From: Bacteroidaceae bacterium
GTDB taxonomy: Bacteria > Bacteroidota > Bacteroidia > Bacteroidales > Barnesiellaceae_A
Direction of reading: 5' to 3'
NCBI GenBank assembly: GCA_017481745.1
Contig: JAFUOV010000009.1
Location: forward strand, 130,823-194,822
DNA length: 64,000 nucleotides
How positions within the stretch are numbered: position 1 is the first letter of the stretch; the number at the start of each line of letters is the position of its first letter. Under the pieces are notes generated by a model. The model saw only the letters and a program-made list of their open reading frames with translations, made no database searches and was not told the origin of the DNA. This document shows positions 29,493 through 38,638 of this stretch, one piece after another. The position numbers were made by a program, and so were the translations under genes.

Positions 29493-29789
29493 ATGGATAA
29501 AAAGAAAGAAATCAAGAGTGAAAACGTGTTGGATTTGCTGCCGCAATGGCGTGCCCAACATGCGCATGAGTGTGTAGATACCGGCGATGTGCGTCAAGTG
29601 TTGCAGCAGATGTGTAGTTGTGTACGTTGCAACAAAGCACCTACCTATCGCAAGGGCTTGTACCGTATGTTGTACTCGTGGTATGTGCCTCGCAATGAGA
29701 ATGATGCCGATGCTTTTATGGCGCGTTGCAGAGTGTGGAGTGTGTTTACAGATTATGTAAACGAGTTGTTGAATTATTTAATCAGATAG
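29493..29789 (+). CDS. Hypothetical small Cys-containing protein
   Basis: 98 aa with an HEC...CSCVRC cluster. Tightly spaced between the neighbouring ORFs. Confidence 0.45.
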   Translation: MDKKKEIKSENVLDLLPQWRAQHAHECVDTGDVRQVLQQMCSCVRCNKAPTYRKGLYRMLYSWYVPRNENDADAFMARCRVWSVFTDYVNELLNYLIR

Positions 29790-29795
29790 TGCTAT

Positions 29796-31841
29796 ATGTT
29801 TGATGAAATGAATAATAATATCTCGGCAGGAAATATCCCAGAGAGTGTAAGAGATAATGGCTTAATTGGTGTAAGTGATATTTCTTCAGAGGAATATGAA
29901 TCCGAAGCCCCGATTTATGCATCGAAAAAATATATTGAGTATTTTCCTCATATTTATACTGAAGGTGAGTATGATGGCTATGAACCCGTCAAAGATTATG
30001 CTATTTATAGAGGCAAAATTATAAATGGTGTGTTAGAGCCTGACAGTAAAGCCGAGTTGGTGTATTTTAATGATGTGAAAGCTCATGTAGCAGAAAATGA
30101 TAATACACGAGTGGTACCCAAGCCCCGAGGTGTGCCTGCCGAAAGACGAGCCGATAGCTTTACGGATGGTGTCAAGGTTGCTCTTGAGGGGTCGGGGCAT
30201 GCGTGGAAATACATTGGAAAAGAGGCACAAAAGATTTTTACGAAGGACCCCGAGAAGAGAGAGCGTATAGAAAACGAGCAGCGTAAGATAGTAGAAGAAA
30301 ATAGCCGTTTGCCCCGTCCAAAAGGCTTGGGTACTGCCGGTGCAGCAATAGCCAATATTACCACTACGGCATTGCCTGCCATTGTTGCTACTGCGTTGGG
30401 TGGCGCACCGGCGGGCACTGCTGTGGGTGGCGGTTTGATGTTTTTCGATGCAGCCAAGAGCGGCGCACAAGCCAATATGGAGATGGATGCCTATGAGAAA
30501 GCCACCGGCAAGAAGATTGATGAAGAACGTCGTTTTGCTTATACAACAGCCTCGGTTGCTACCGATGTCATTATGAATGCTTTGATGGGGTCGAAAGTAT
30601 TTGGTGAGATAGCTCCGGCAGCCGAGAAAGCGGTAAGTAATCAATTAAAAAAAGCAATCATGGACAATCCTGTTGCGCAAGCCGAGTTTAACACCATGAC
30701 CCGCAATGTGATGAAGCAAGAGCGAGACAAGTGGGCGAAAATTAACTCCGACTATGTAAAGCAGTCGGCAATAGATGGCGGATTGTCGTCGGCGGCATTA
30801 GAGGCAGAGAAGAGTATCTATACCGATGAAATGCCCGAGTTGAAGAATATCATCGGTAGTGCTGTTGGAGGTGCTATGGCAGGAGCAGCGCAGGGTGCAG
30901 GTGCTAAAGCCTTGCAACCGAGAATATTGCACCATCAGCGCAATAGACGGGACGACATCTTCTATGGCAGTAATACCACTCACGTTACCGATGAAAAACG
31001 ACTGCCCATATCGGAGTTTCGTCCTACACAAATGCGCAAGAATAAAGATGGCAAAGTATATGTAGAGGGTAATGTCGTTACCCCCGAAGGCGCAAGTGCG
31101 GCAACACTGCCGGTTGAAAACATCAGTACAGGGTCGTATAGAAAGGCTCACAAGAGTGGTGCTACCGAACCTCTTACCGATGATTGGAACTTTACCGAAG
31201 AGCAGATGTCAAGTTATAAGTCGCAGTGGGAAAATGCCCAACAGATGAAAAAGGAACATCCCGAAGAGGCGTATCAAGAGCAAAGCCGAATTGTGCAAGA
31301 GATGGCAGCACAGATGGGTATTCCGGTGAACGTTTATGCCAAGTTGTCCGACTTGCCACCCGATTTGGAAAAAGATCCCGAGGTGATTAAATCGTATGCC
31401 TTTACGACCAACAACAATACAATAGATGTTGTTCTCGACCAGTTGGACAGCGCAAAAGCCGAGAACCTTCCAGCCATACTACGCCATGAGGCACTTGGAC
31501 ACTTTGGTCTGGGCAAAACATACGAAAAACAAGCCGACTATGAACGCGACTTGTACCAAGCCGGCAAAACGATTTTGCCTGAAGATATGCGCCGAAGAAT
31601 ACCCACGCAACATAGCAAGAACTACGAAGACTGGTTGAGGCGGATAGAAGAGCGTGCCTCACGACAGGCAGAACCTCGAAATTATTTGAAAGACGTCGAT
31701 GCCGACCATATGTATAATGCCTTGTACGATATGTTGCGTCGAAGCGAAGATAATCTGCGTTCGACAACGATCAATGAGTTGAAGAAAGATAACGACCGTC
31801 GTGGCAATCCGATGCCTACCATGTACGAGAGGGAGAAGTAA
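29796..31841 (+). CDS. Large hypothetical protein with Gly/Ala-rich hydrophobic segments (virion/ejection-protein-like?)
   Basis: 681 aa. Gly-zipper-like segments lie at aa 177-216 and 352-372. The C-terminal region contains LRHEALGHFGLG. No recognisable family. Confidence 0.55.
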   Translation: MFDEMNNNISAGNIPESVRDNGLIGVSDISSEEYESEAPIYASKKYIEYFPHIYTEGEYDGYEPVKDYAIYRGKIINGVLEPDSKAELVYFNDVKAHVAENDNTRVVPKPRGVPAERRADSFTDGVKVALEGSGHAWKYIGKEAQKIFTKDPEKRERIENEQRKIVEENSRLPRPKGLGTAGAAIANITTTALPAIVATALGGAPAGTAVGGGLMFFDAAKSGAQANMEMDAYEKATGKKIDEERRFAYTTASVATDVIMNALMGSKVFGEIAPAAEKAVSNQLKKAIMDNPVAQAEFNTMTRNVMKQERDKWAKINSDYVKQSAIDGGLSSAALEAEKSIYTDEMPELKNIIGSAVGGAMAGAAQGAGAKALQPRILHHQRNRRDDIFYGSNTTHVTDEKRLPISEFRPTQMRKNKDGKVYVEGNVVTPEGASAATLPVENISTGSYRKAHKSGATEPLTDDWNFTEEQMSSYKSQWENAQQMKKEHPEEAYQEQSRIVQEMAAQMGIPVNVYAKLSDLPPDLEKDPEVIKSYAFTTNNNTIDVVLDQLDSAKAENLPAILRHEALGHFGLGKTYEKQADYERDLYQAGKTILPEDMRRRIPTQHSKNYEDWLRRIEERASRQAEPRNYLKDVDADHMYNALYDMLRRSEDNLRSTTINELKKDNDRRGNPMPTMYEREK

Positions 31842-31848
31842 ACTGCCG

Positions 31849-31890
31849 AATGTGGGGTGTGCCGATGTCAGTGCAACACCCCACATTTGT
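31849..31890 (+). terminator. Hairpin terminator after the 681-aa ORF
   Basis: 12-bp stem aatgtggggtgt/acaccccacatt starts 8 nt after the stop. The following U tract is weak. Confidence 0.5.
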
Positions 31891-31965
31891 ACTGTGTGTA
31901 TAGGTGTAGGCGAAATTCTTTTTTATGTTTTATTGCAAAAAGTGTCGAGTGTAACAAAAAAGTTC

Positions 31966-31973
31966 TATCTTTG
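31966..31973 (+). promoter_or_regulatory. -7 promoter box (TATCTTTG) upstream of the nfnA-like gene
   Basis: Exact TAnnTTTG about 80 nt upstream of ATG 32052. Confidence 0.4.
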
Positions 31974-32051
31974 CATTTTAGTGGCATGATGCCGCCCTGT
32001 GAACCTTAATTTTGCAATACGATAATTGTAACACAATCATATAACACAGAA

Positions 32052-32843
32052 ATGAACAAAATTGTAAGTAAGGAGTATTTCTCCGACCGAGTAGTGAAGC
32101 TCGTAATCGAGGCACCGCTGATTGCAAAGGCTCGCAAAGCCGGACACTTTGTTATAGTGCGTACCGATGAGCATGGTGAGCGTATACCGTTGACCATTGC
32201 CGGAGCAGATGTAGAGAAAGGAACAATCACACTTGTTGTTCAGACAGTAGGAAATTCTACTGTAAAGTTGTGTAAACTCAATCCCGGAGATTATATTGCC
32301 GATGTAGTAGGACCGTTGGGTCAGGCTACACATATTGCCAAGGTAGGCACCGTAGTGTGCTGCGGTGGTGGTGTGGGTGTAGCACCTCTCTTGCCCATTG
32401 TGCAAGCAATGAAGGCTGCCGGCAACCGCGTTATCAGCGTGTTGGCTGCACGTAGCAAAGACTTGATTATCTTGGAAGATGAGATAAGAGCCAGCAGCGA
32501 CGAGGTGATAATCATGACCGACGATGGTTCGTACGGAACAAAGGGTCTTGTTACCGAGGGTGTTGAGCAAATCATCAAGCGTGAGCAAGTAGATCAATGT
32601 GTGGCTATCGGTCCGGCAGTGATGATGAAATTTGTATCGAAGCTTACAGCTCAATACAACATACCTACCGTAGTGTCGTTGAATGCTATCATGGTGGACG
32701 GTACAGGTATGTGTGGAGCATGTCGTGTAACCGTAGGTGGAAAGTTGCGCTTTGTATGTATCGACGGTCCTGAGTTTGATGCACACCAAGTAGATTTCGA
32801 CGAGTTGATGATGCGACTTCGTTCATATAAAGAATTAGAATAA
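32052..32843 (+). CDS. Sulfide/dihydroorotate dehydrogenase-like FAD/NAD-binding subunit (NfnA-like; partner of GltD-like protein)
   Basis: 263 aa ferredoxin-reductase-type fold (GHFVIVR, GGGVGVAPL) with a C-terminal Cys cluster, CGACRV...C. Confidence 0.75.
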   Translation: MNKIVSKEYFSDRVVKLVIEAPLIAKARKAGHFVIVRTDEHGERIPLTIAGADVEKGTITLVVQTVGNSTVKLCKLNPGDYIADVVGPLGQATHIAKVGTVVCCGGGVGVAPLLPIVQAMKAAGNRVISVLAARSKDLIILEDEIRASSDEVIIMTDDGSYGTKGLVTEGVEQIIKREQVDQCVAIGPAVMMKFVSKLTAQYNIPTVVSLNAIMVDGTGMCGACRVTVGGKLRFVCIDGPEFDAHQVDFDELMMRLRSYKELE

Positions 32844-32859
32844 CAGAGGAGGCACAAAG

Positions 32860-34326
32860 ATGAACATGGAAGATATAACTGCTCGTCGCAACGAAGCATG
32901 GCGCGATGAGTTACGCAAAAGCATGAAAGCCAAAGAGCGCACCGATATACCTCGTGTTGTAATGCCCGAGTTGGATGCTGCCTATCGTATCACTTGTAAT
33001 GAAGAGGTAAACCAAGGTCTTACCGAGGAGCAAGCGTTGCTCGAAGCCAAACGTTGCTTGGACTGTCCCGAGCCTTTGTGTATGACCGGTTGCCCCGTAG
33101 GTATCAATATCCCTACTTTTATCAAGCATATAGAGAAGGGCGAGTATCTGCAAGCAGCTGCAACGTTGAAAGAGACAAGTGCGTTGCCCGCAGTGTGTGG
33201 TCGTGTGTGTCCGCAAGAGAAACAATGCGAGTCGCAATGCTTCTATCTGAAGAAATTGAAAAAACAACCCGTCGCAATCGGCTATTTGGAGCGTTTTGCT
33301 GCCGACTATTCACGTGAGCATGGTACAGGCGAAGTGCCTGCTTGTGCTCCTGCCAATGGTGTGAAGGTAGCTGTTGTGGGTTCGGGTCCTGCCGGACTTT
33401 CGTTTGCCGGTGATATGGTGAAACTCGGATATGATGTTACTGTGTTTGAGGCACTGCACGAGATAGGTGGTGTGTTGAAGTATGGTATTCCCGAGTTCCG
33501 CTTGCCCAACAAGTTTGTCGATGTAGAGATTGACACCTTGCGCAAGATGGGTGTAACATTTATTACCGACTGCATTGTGGGTAAAACCTTGTCGTATGAC
33601 GACTTGCACGAAATGGGCTTCAAAGGTATCTTTGTAGCAAGTGGTGCGGGTTTGCCTCGCTTTATGAATATACCGGGTGAGAACCTCATTGGTATCATGT
33701 CGTGCAACGAGTACCTCACTCGTGTCAACTTGATGGGTGCTGCGCGTGCCGATTGGGATACTCCTGTATTGAGTGGCAAGAATGTTGCTGTGATAGGTGG
33801 TGGTAACACTGCCATGGACTCGGTGCGTACTGCTCGTCGCTTGGGTGCCGAGCGTGCCATGATTATCTATCGTCGTAGCGAGGATGAGATGCCTGCTCGT
33901 AAAGAGGAGGTTGAGCATGCCAAGGCGGAGGGTGTTGAGTTCCTCACACTGCACAATCCTATCGAGTATCTCGGCGATGAGAATGGTCGTGTAACGACCA
34001 TGCGCTTGCAACGTATGGAACTTGGCGAGCCCGACGAGAGTGGTCGTCGCTCACCTGTGCCTGTTGAGGGTGCTATCGAGAATATACCCGTTGACACCGT
34101 AATTGTGAGCGTTGGTGTATCGCCCAACCCGCTTATTCCCAATGCTATTGAAGGTCTTGAGATAAGCCGTCGTGGTACTATCGTGGTGAACGAGGCTACC
34201 ATGCAGTCTTGTCTGCCCGACCTCTATGCCGGTGGCGATATCGTGCGTGGTGGTGCTACCGTTATCCTTGCCATGGGTGATGGTCGTCGTGCTGCTGCTG
34301 CTATGCACGAGCAGTTGAGCAAGTAA
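32860..34326 (+). CDS. NADPH-dependent glutamate synthase small-chain homologue (GltD/NfnB-like)
   Basis: 488 aa with 2x[4Fe-4S]-type Cys motifs (CLDCPEPLCMTGCP, CGRVCPQEKQCESQC). Two Rossmann motifs, VVGSGPAGLS and VIGGGNTAMD. Confidence 0.85.
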   Translation: MNMEDITARRNEAWRDELRKSMKAKERTDIPRVVMPELDAAYRITCNEEVNQGLTEEQALLEAKRCLDCPEPLCMTGCPVGINIPTFIKHIEKGEYLQAAATLKETSALPAVCGRVCPQEKQCESQCFYLKKLKKQPVAIGYLERFAADYSREHGTGEVPACAPANGVKVAVVGSGPAGLSFAGDMVKLGYDVTVFEALHEIGGVLKYGIPEFRLPNKFVDVEIDTLRKMGVTFITDCIVGKTLSYDDLHEMGFKGIFVASGAGLPRFMNIPGENLIGIMSCNEYLTRVNLMGAARADWDTPVLSGKNVAVIGGGNTAMDSVRTARRLGAERAMIIYRRSEDEMPARKEEVEHAKAEGVEFLTLHNPIEYLGDENGRVTTMRLQRMELGEPDESGRRSPVPVEGAIENIPVDTVIVSVGVSPNPLIPNAIEGLEISRRGTIVVNEATMQSCLPDLYAGGDIVRGGATVILAMGDGRRAAAAMHEQLSK

Positions 34327-34351
34327 GAATATACCTGAACGTATATAATAG

Positions 34352-34390
34352 AACAAGGCGTATCTGATAGTGGATGCGCCTTGTTGTTGT
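34352..34390 (+). terminator. Hairpin terminator between convergent genes
   Basis: 9-bp stem aacaaggcg/cgccttgtt followed by a GU-rich run, 26 nt after the gltD-like stop. Confidence 0.5.
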
Positions 34391-34429
34391 ATGAAGGATT
34401 GAGTTATAGCGATTATACTTGGTGTTATA

Positions 34430-34774
34430 TCACGCTTTGTTATAGTCGTTATATTCCCAATAGATTTCGAAGAAACGATCCCAGAGTTTTTTCTGTGCTT
34501 CATTCATTTCGCCATCAACAGTGCATACTTCATAAAGCAGTTGCCCTGCCCATTTGTACTCCTCCTCGCCGAGTTGTGCAATAGCTGCAACCGCTGTGTC
34601 GAAATCGAGGTGTCGCGATAAGAGAAATACGCTCTGAATTTCGTCTTCGGGGACAAATTGTGCCAGACCATAAATGAGTTTCTTGGCAGCCGCCTCACTT
34701 GGATTATCACTTTGAGCAATAAAAACATTTCCTGCTTTGAGTATTGCCCAAAAGTCCCTTTTCATGAATTTCAT
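34430..34774 (-). CDS. Small TerB-like (tellurite-resistance TerB fold) protein
   Basis: 114 aa. The motif CTVDGEMNEAQKKLW resembles the TerB/DjlA-N ADGxxxxxE signature. Tentative. Confidence 0.45.
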   Translation of the reverse strand: MKFMKRDFWAILKAGNVFIAQSDNPSEAAAKKLIYGLAQFVPEDEIQSVFLLSRHLDFDTAVAAIAQLGEEEYKWAGQLLYEVCTVDGEMNEAQKKLWDRFFEIYWEYNDYNKA

Positions 34775-34776
34775 AT

Positions 34777-35562
34777 TTATTTAGTTTTTAATAGCCCGCC
34801 TACGGCATTGTTTATAGTATTATATATGTTATTGAGAAGCGTGTTTGACTCTACTATGCCCGAAAGCTTGTATCCGCTGTCCGACTCGAGAGCAAAGATG
34901 ATATCGCCCATGATTTCGTAGCCCGCGCCGTATAGGATAGTGCCTGTCATGTTGTCGCCGGCATCGCTACGTGCATATCCGTTGCGGTCGACAAGCATTA
35001 CAAGGTGATGGTCGGTAAGCCCTACGTGTTGCGATATGGCATTGAGCGGTGCTGTGTAGCGTACAACTTCCAATCGTTGGGCGCCGATTTTTGCTGCAAG
35101 TTCGGCTTCGAGCGGTTGGTAGTCGGTGGTTTCGGTTTGGAATAGTTCTGCTATTCCGTTTGAGCGTGCGATGATGAATGCCGGGATAATTGTTTCATCG
35201 TCGTCGTCGTCCTTGTCTGCAATGGGGTCGGGCAACTCGCATATTTCTTTGAGGGTATTGAGTATTTCGACCTCTTGAGGCGATATCTCGCCGTCGCAAC
35301 CGGCTACCTTTGCCAAGAGGTTGGCAACAATCTGTTTGGTGTCGGCATCGCAATGGGCTACAATCGTAGTGGCATCTTCTGTGCTCAGTTGGTTGTCGCT
35401 CACTTCTATTATTTTATCTACCATACCTTCGTGATACGCCCCAACGCTTTCAAAAAAATCGTAAAGGACATCGACCTCTTCGCTTTTTATCTCTTCGTCT
35501 GCCGTTATAATGTTAGAGACTAACTTATAGATGGCAGCAAGCTCTTGTAAGGATAATTTCAT
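34777..35562 (-). CDS. TerB-like N-terminal domain fused to a DUF3846-like C-terminal domain
   Basis: 261 aa from ATG 35562 (the track start is a TTG in the leader). The N-terminal half carries VAGCDGEISPQEVEIL (TerB-like). An acidic DKDDDDDE linker follows. The C-terminal half carries LVMLVDRNGY...IMGDIIFA (DUF3846-like, tentative). Confidence 0.5.
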   Translation of the reverse strand: MKLSLQELAAIYKLVSNIITADEEIKSEEVDVLYDFFESVGAYHEGMVDKIIEVSDNQLSTEDATTIVAHCDADTKQIVANLLAKVAGCDGEISPQEVEILNTLKEICELPDPIADKDDDDDETIIPAFIIARSNGIAELFQTETTDYQPLEAELAAKIGAQRLEVVRYTAPLNAISQHVGLTDHHLVMLVDRNGYARSDAGDNMTGTILYGAGYEIMGDIIFALESDSGYKLSGIVESNTLLNNIYNTINNAVGGLLKTK

Positions 35563-35592
35563 GGTATCTATGTATTTGATGTTTATATATTG

Positions 35593-35600
35593 CAAAGATA
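35593..35600 (-). promoter_or_regulatory. -7 promoter box (TATCTTTG) for the TerB-like pair
   Basis: The reverse complement of caaagata lies about 30 nt upstream of ATG 35562. Confidence 0.45.
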
Positions 35601-35715
35601 ATTTATAGGCAGTGAATCGCAAATTAATAATGTATCGTGTTGGTTTACACCGTAAGAAATGGAGTGGCGGTTGTAGTGGCTAAAATAGCTGCAAATTCCT
35701 ACTGAAACCGGATAG

Positions 35716-35751
35716 AAAAAAATAGTCAGCCACACGCATTGTGGCTGACTA
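35716..35751 (-). terminator. Intrinsic terminator after nadC
   Basis: 11-bp stem tagtcagccac/gtggctgacta followed in minus sense by U7, about 30 nt after the nadC stop. Confidence 0.7.
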
Positions 35752-35782
35752 CACTAAGCTATATATTTTCAATTACAGACTT

Positions 35783-36634
35783 TCAATCGCAGGCTTTGAA
35801 GCTCATGTCAAGACCTTTTACCGAGTGGGTGAGAGCACCTACCGATACGAAGTCGACGCCACACTCGGCGTATGAGCGAATGGTGTCGATGGTGATGCCG
35901 CCCGACGACTCGGTTTCGTAGCGGTGGTCGATGAGTTTTACTGCCTCGCGGGTGAGGTCGGTAGAGAAGTTGTCGAGCATGATGCGGTCTACACCACCTA
36001 CGCGCAATACTTCGCGCAGCTCATCCATGTTGCGAACTTCAATCTCAATCTTGAGGTTTTTGCCTTTGGACTTGAGGTATTCTTGTGCGCGAATAATGGC
36101 ATTCTCGATGCCACCGGCAAAGTCGACGTGGTTGTCTTTGAGCAGTATCATGTCGAACAAGCCTATGCGGTGGTTGACACCGCCACCTATCTTGACAGCT
36201 TCTTTTTCCAGCATGCGCATGCCGGGGGTAGTCTTGCGTGTGTCGAGTACGCGAGTGCCTGTGCCTTCGAGTAACTTGACATATTTGCTGGTTGTGGTGG
36301 CGATACCACTCATGCGTTGCATGATGTTGAGCATGGTGCGCTCTACTTGCAGGAGCGATTGTACGCGACCCGATACGATGAAGGCTACATCGCCGGGCTT
36401 AACGTGTGCGCCGTCTTCGATGTAGGTTGTCATTTCCAACTCGGGGTCGAAGTAGTTGATTACTTGTCGTGCAATGTTGACACCTGCCAAGATGCCTTCT
36501 TCCTTGATGAGTAGTTTCTGCTTGCCTACCTCGGTGTTGGGAATACAGCAGAGCGTGGTGTGGTCGCCGTCGCCTATATCTTCGGTGAACGCGAGTTTTA
36601 TGAGTTCGTCAATGAGTTCTTGTGGGGTTTTCAT
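35783..36634 (-). CDS. nadC: Nicotinate-nucleotide pyrophosphorylase (quinolinate phosphoribosyltransferase)
   Basis: 283 aa with DTRKTTPG and IMLDN motifs and a full NadC layout. Confidence 0.9.
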   Translation of the reverse strand: MKTPQELIDELIKLAFTEDIGDGDHTTLCCIPNTEVGKQKLLIKEEGILAGVNIARQVINYFDPELEMTTYIEDGAHVKPGDVAFIVSGRVQSLLQVERTMLNIMQRMSGIATTTSKYVKLLEGTGTRVLDTRKTTPGMRMLEKEAVKIGGGVNHRIGLFDMILLKDNHVDFAGGIENAIIRAQEYLKSKGKNLKIEIEVRNMDELREVLRVGGVDRIMLDNFSTDLTREAVKLIDHRYETESSGGITIDTIRSYAECGVDFVSVGALTHSVKGLDMSFKACD

Positions 36635-36656
36635 ATTTGCTTGTATTTGGTGATTA

Positions 36657-37772
36657 TTATATGCTGAATTGGTTTATTGCGTTGGCAATGTAGTGTATGT
36701 CGTCGTCGGTGAGGTAGGGGGCTATGGGCAGGCTCACTACTTCGTTGGCGAGTTGCTCGGTTATGGGTAGCGCAAGGTGGTTGTACTCTTTGTATGCCTC
36801 TTGCTTGTGTGGTGGGATGGGGTAGTGTATGCCCGTTTCTATGCCGCATTGTTGCATGTGTTGCATGAACTTTTCGCGGTGGGGTGTGCGCACGATGTAC
36901 TGATGCCATACGTGGGCTTGTGCCGCGAGTGGTTGTTGTGGCAACGTGATGTGTGGGTTGTCGACAAGCGTGTTGTATAGCTGTGCTATCTCGCTGCGAC
37001 GAGTGTTCTCGCAGTCGAGGTAGGGCAGTTTTACGAGCAACATTGCGGCTTGCAGCTCGTCGATGCGGCTGTTGAGCCCTTGGTGTTGGTAGACATATCG
37101 TTGGCTGCCGCCATAGTTTGCCATGGCACGTATGTGTTGTGCCAACTGCTCGTCGTGGGTTGTTACCATACCGGCATCGCCCAATGCGCCGAGGTTCTTG
37201 CCGGGATAGAAGCTTGTACCTGCTGCATCGCCCAGCGTGCCGGTGCGCTTGCCGTCGGGTGTACGCGCACCCAAGGCTTGTGCGTTGTCTTCAATGATGA
37301 GCAGGTTGTGCCGGCGTGCTGCTTCTTGCAGGGTGTTGTCCCAACATACTTGTCCGTAGAGGTGTACGACGAGTATGGCGCGGGTGCGCGGTGTGATGGC
37401 TTGTTGCAAAAGCTCGGTGTCGAGGTTGTGTGTTGCAACTGCCGGCTCGACAAATATTGGGGTGAGGTTGTTGTCGGTGATAGCCAATACCGATGCTATG
37501 AATGTGTTGGCAGGAACTATCACCTCGTCGCCCGGTTGTAGGCGACCCATAGCCATGTATGCCTTGAATATGAGGCGTAGCGCATCCAACCCGTTGGCAA
37601 CGCCTACGACATGAGGTGTGCCGAGGTATGCTGCCATTTCGCTCTCAAAAGCCTCGGTCTCTTTGCCACGAAGATACCACCCCGAGTCGATGACCCGAGC
37701 GGCTGCCTCCTTGAGCTCGTGAGCGTATGGTGCATTGAGGCGTTGTAACGATAGCAGGTTGTATTGTTTCAT
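36657..37772 (-). CDS. DegT/DnrJ/EryC1-family PLP aminotransferase (dTDP-3-amino-3,6-dideoxyhexose FdtB/QdtB-like)
   Basis: 371 aa aspartate-aminotransferase-fold sugar aminotransferase. Its ATG overlaps the upstream FdtA-like stop (ATGA at 37769-37772). Confidence 0.8.
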   Translation of the reverse strand: MKQYNLLSLQRLNAPYAHELKEAAARVIDSGWYLRGKETEAFESEMAAYLGTPHVVGVANGLDALRLIFKAYMAMGRLQPGDEVIVPANTFIASVLAITDNNLTPIFVEPAVATHNLDTELLQQAITPRTRAILVVHLYGQVCWDNTLQEAARRHNLLIIEDNAQALGARTPDGKRTGTLGDAAGTSFYPGKNLGALGDAGMVTTHDEQLAQHIRAMANYGGSQRYVYQHQGLNSRIDELQAAMLLVKLPYLDCENTRRSEIAQLYNTLVDNPHITLPQQPLAAQAHVWHQYIVRTPHREKFMQHMQQCGIETGIHYPIPPHKQEAYKEYNHLALPITEQLANEVVSLPIAPYLTDDDIHYIANAINQFSI

Positions 37773-38203
37773 CGCTCAGCCTCCTTTGTGTATTGTATGA
37801 AGTCTTTATAATCACGTATGTAATCGCTCTCGTCGTAGTGTTCCGAAGCAAGTACAAGGCATACAGCGCCCGACGAGAAGTTGTTGAGCTCGCGCCATAT
37901 ACCGGGGCGTATGTGCAGCCCGGCAAAGGGACGGTTGAGTGTTACGGTGCGGCGTTCTGTACCGTCGTCGATAATGACATCGAAGCTACCGCTGACGGCT
38001 ATAACAAGTTGCTGCAACTGCTTGTGCGCGTGTCCGCCACGCTCCTCGCCGGCGGGAATATCGTAGAGGTAGTAAACGCGCTTGATGTCGAAGGGAATGG
38101 ATGCAGGATGCTCGGCAACGGTGAGGTTTCCGTTGGGGCGCATGTGCTTGGGCAGAGCCGATACCTTGCAGTCGTCGACCTTATATAGTGCGTTACTCTT
38201 CAT
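37769..38203 (-). CDS. dTDP-4-keto-6-deoxyhexose 3,4-ketoisomerase (FdtA/WxcM-like cupin), copy 2
   Basis: 144 aa with [22 protein letters not shown], which keeps the H-x-H dyad. Confidence 0.75.
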   Translation of the reverse strand: MKSNALYKVDDCKVSALPKHMRPNGNLTVAEHPASIPFDIKRVYYLYDIPAGEERGGHAHKQLQQLVIAVSGSFDVIIDDGTERRTVTLNRPFAGLHIRPGIWRELNNFSSGAVCLVLASEHYDESDYIRDYKDFIQYTKEAER

Positions 38204-38606
38204 GTGATAGTTGGTTGCAGTAGTCTTCGTAGTTTTCGATATAGTCGTTGGGGTCGTATTGAGTCGAACTGAGTACCATAGCTACCGAGCCGGTAGAGAA
38301 GTTGTCCAATTCGCGCCACATCATGTTGGGCACGTATAGCCCGTAGTGCGAGCGGCATAGGTGATAGCGCTTGCGCTCGATGCCGTTGTCGAGGATAACA
38401 TCGAAGCTACCCGATAGTGCTACGATAAACTCGTGTTGAGTGCGGAAGGCGTGTCCTGAACGGTGAGCTCCGCCCGGAACGTCGTATATCCAATAGGTGC
38501 GGGCTATATCGAAGGGTACAACTTCGCCACTCTCTGCAATAGAGAGGTTGCCACGATAGTCGCGTATCGTGGGTAGCTCTATGATATGTACTTTGTCGGA
38601 AATCAT
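38193..38606 (-). CDS. FdtA/WxcM-like cupin, copy 1 (divergent active-site dyad)
   Basis: 137 aa from ATG 38606 with RSGHAFRTQHEFIVALSGSFDV (H-x-F instead of H-x-H). Overlaps copy 2 by 11 nt. Confidence 0.7.
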   Translation of the reverse strand: MISDKVHIIELPTIRDYRGNLSIAESGEVVPFDIARTYWIYDVPGGAHRSGHAFRTQHEFIVALSGSFDVILDNGIERKRYHLCRSHYGLYVPNMMWRELDNFSTGSVAMVLSSTQYDPNDYIENYEDYCNQLSHEE

Positions 38607-38638
38607 ACAACAGTGCGAAGGTACAAAATAATTTGGAA

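Larger units (their letters stand above)
26559..31890. mobile_element. Phage-derived islet (prophage stump or satellite-like block) centred on an orphan large terminase
   Basis: Five ORFs in two divergent units lie between housekeeping genes. Only TerL is recognisable. There is no portal, capsid, tail, integrase or att repeat that I can see. Confidence 0.45.

Noticed and set aside
31485-31502. Zincin HExxH metallopeptidase site in the 681-aa protein
   Set aside because: The sequence is HEALGH, with HExxxH spacing. No downstream third ligand motif could be identified by eye, so no peptidase call was made.
26559-31890. Integrated Microviridae (Alpavirinae-like) prophage, suggested by the 5.3-kb size
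   Set aside because: Microviruses have no terminase. No VP1-like capsid or VP4-like rolling-circle replication protein is recognisable. The largest ORF is clearly a dsDNA-phage TerL.
34430-35562. Shango-type (TerB + ATPase + helicase) anti-phage system
   Set aside because: Only TerB-like proteins are present. No ATPase or helicase gene is adjacent.
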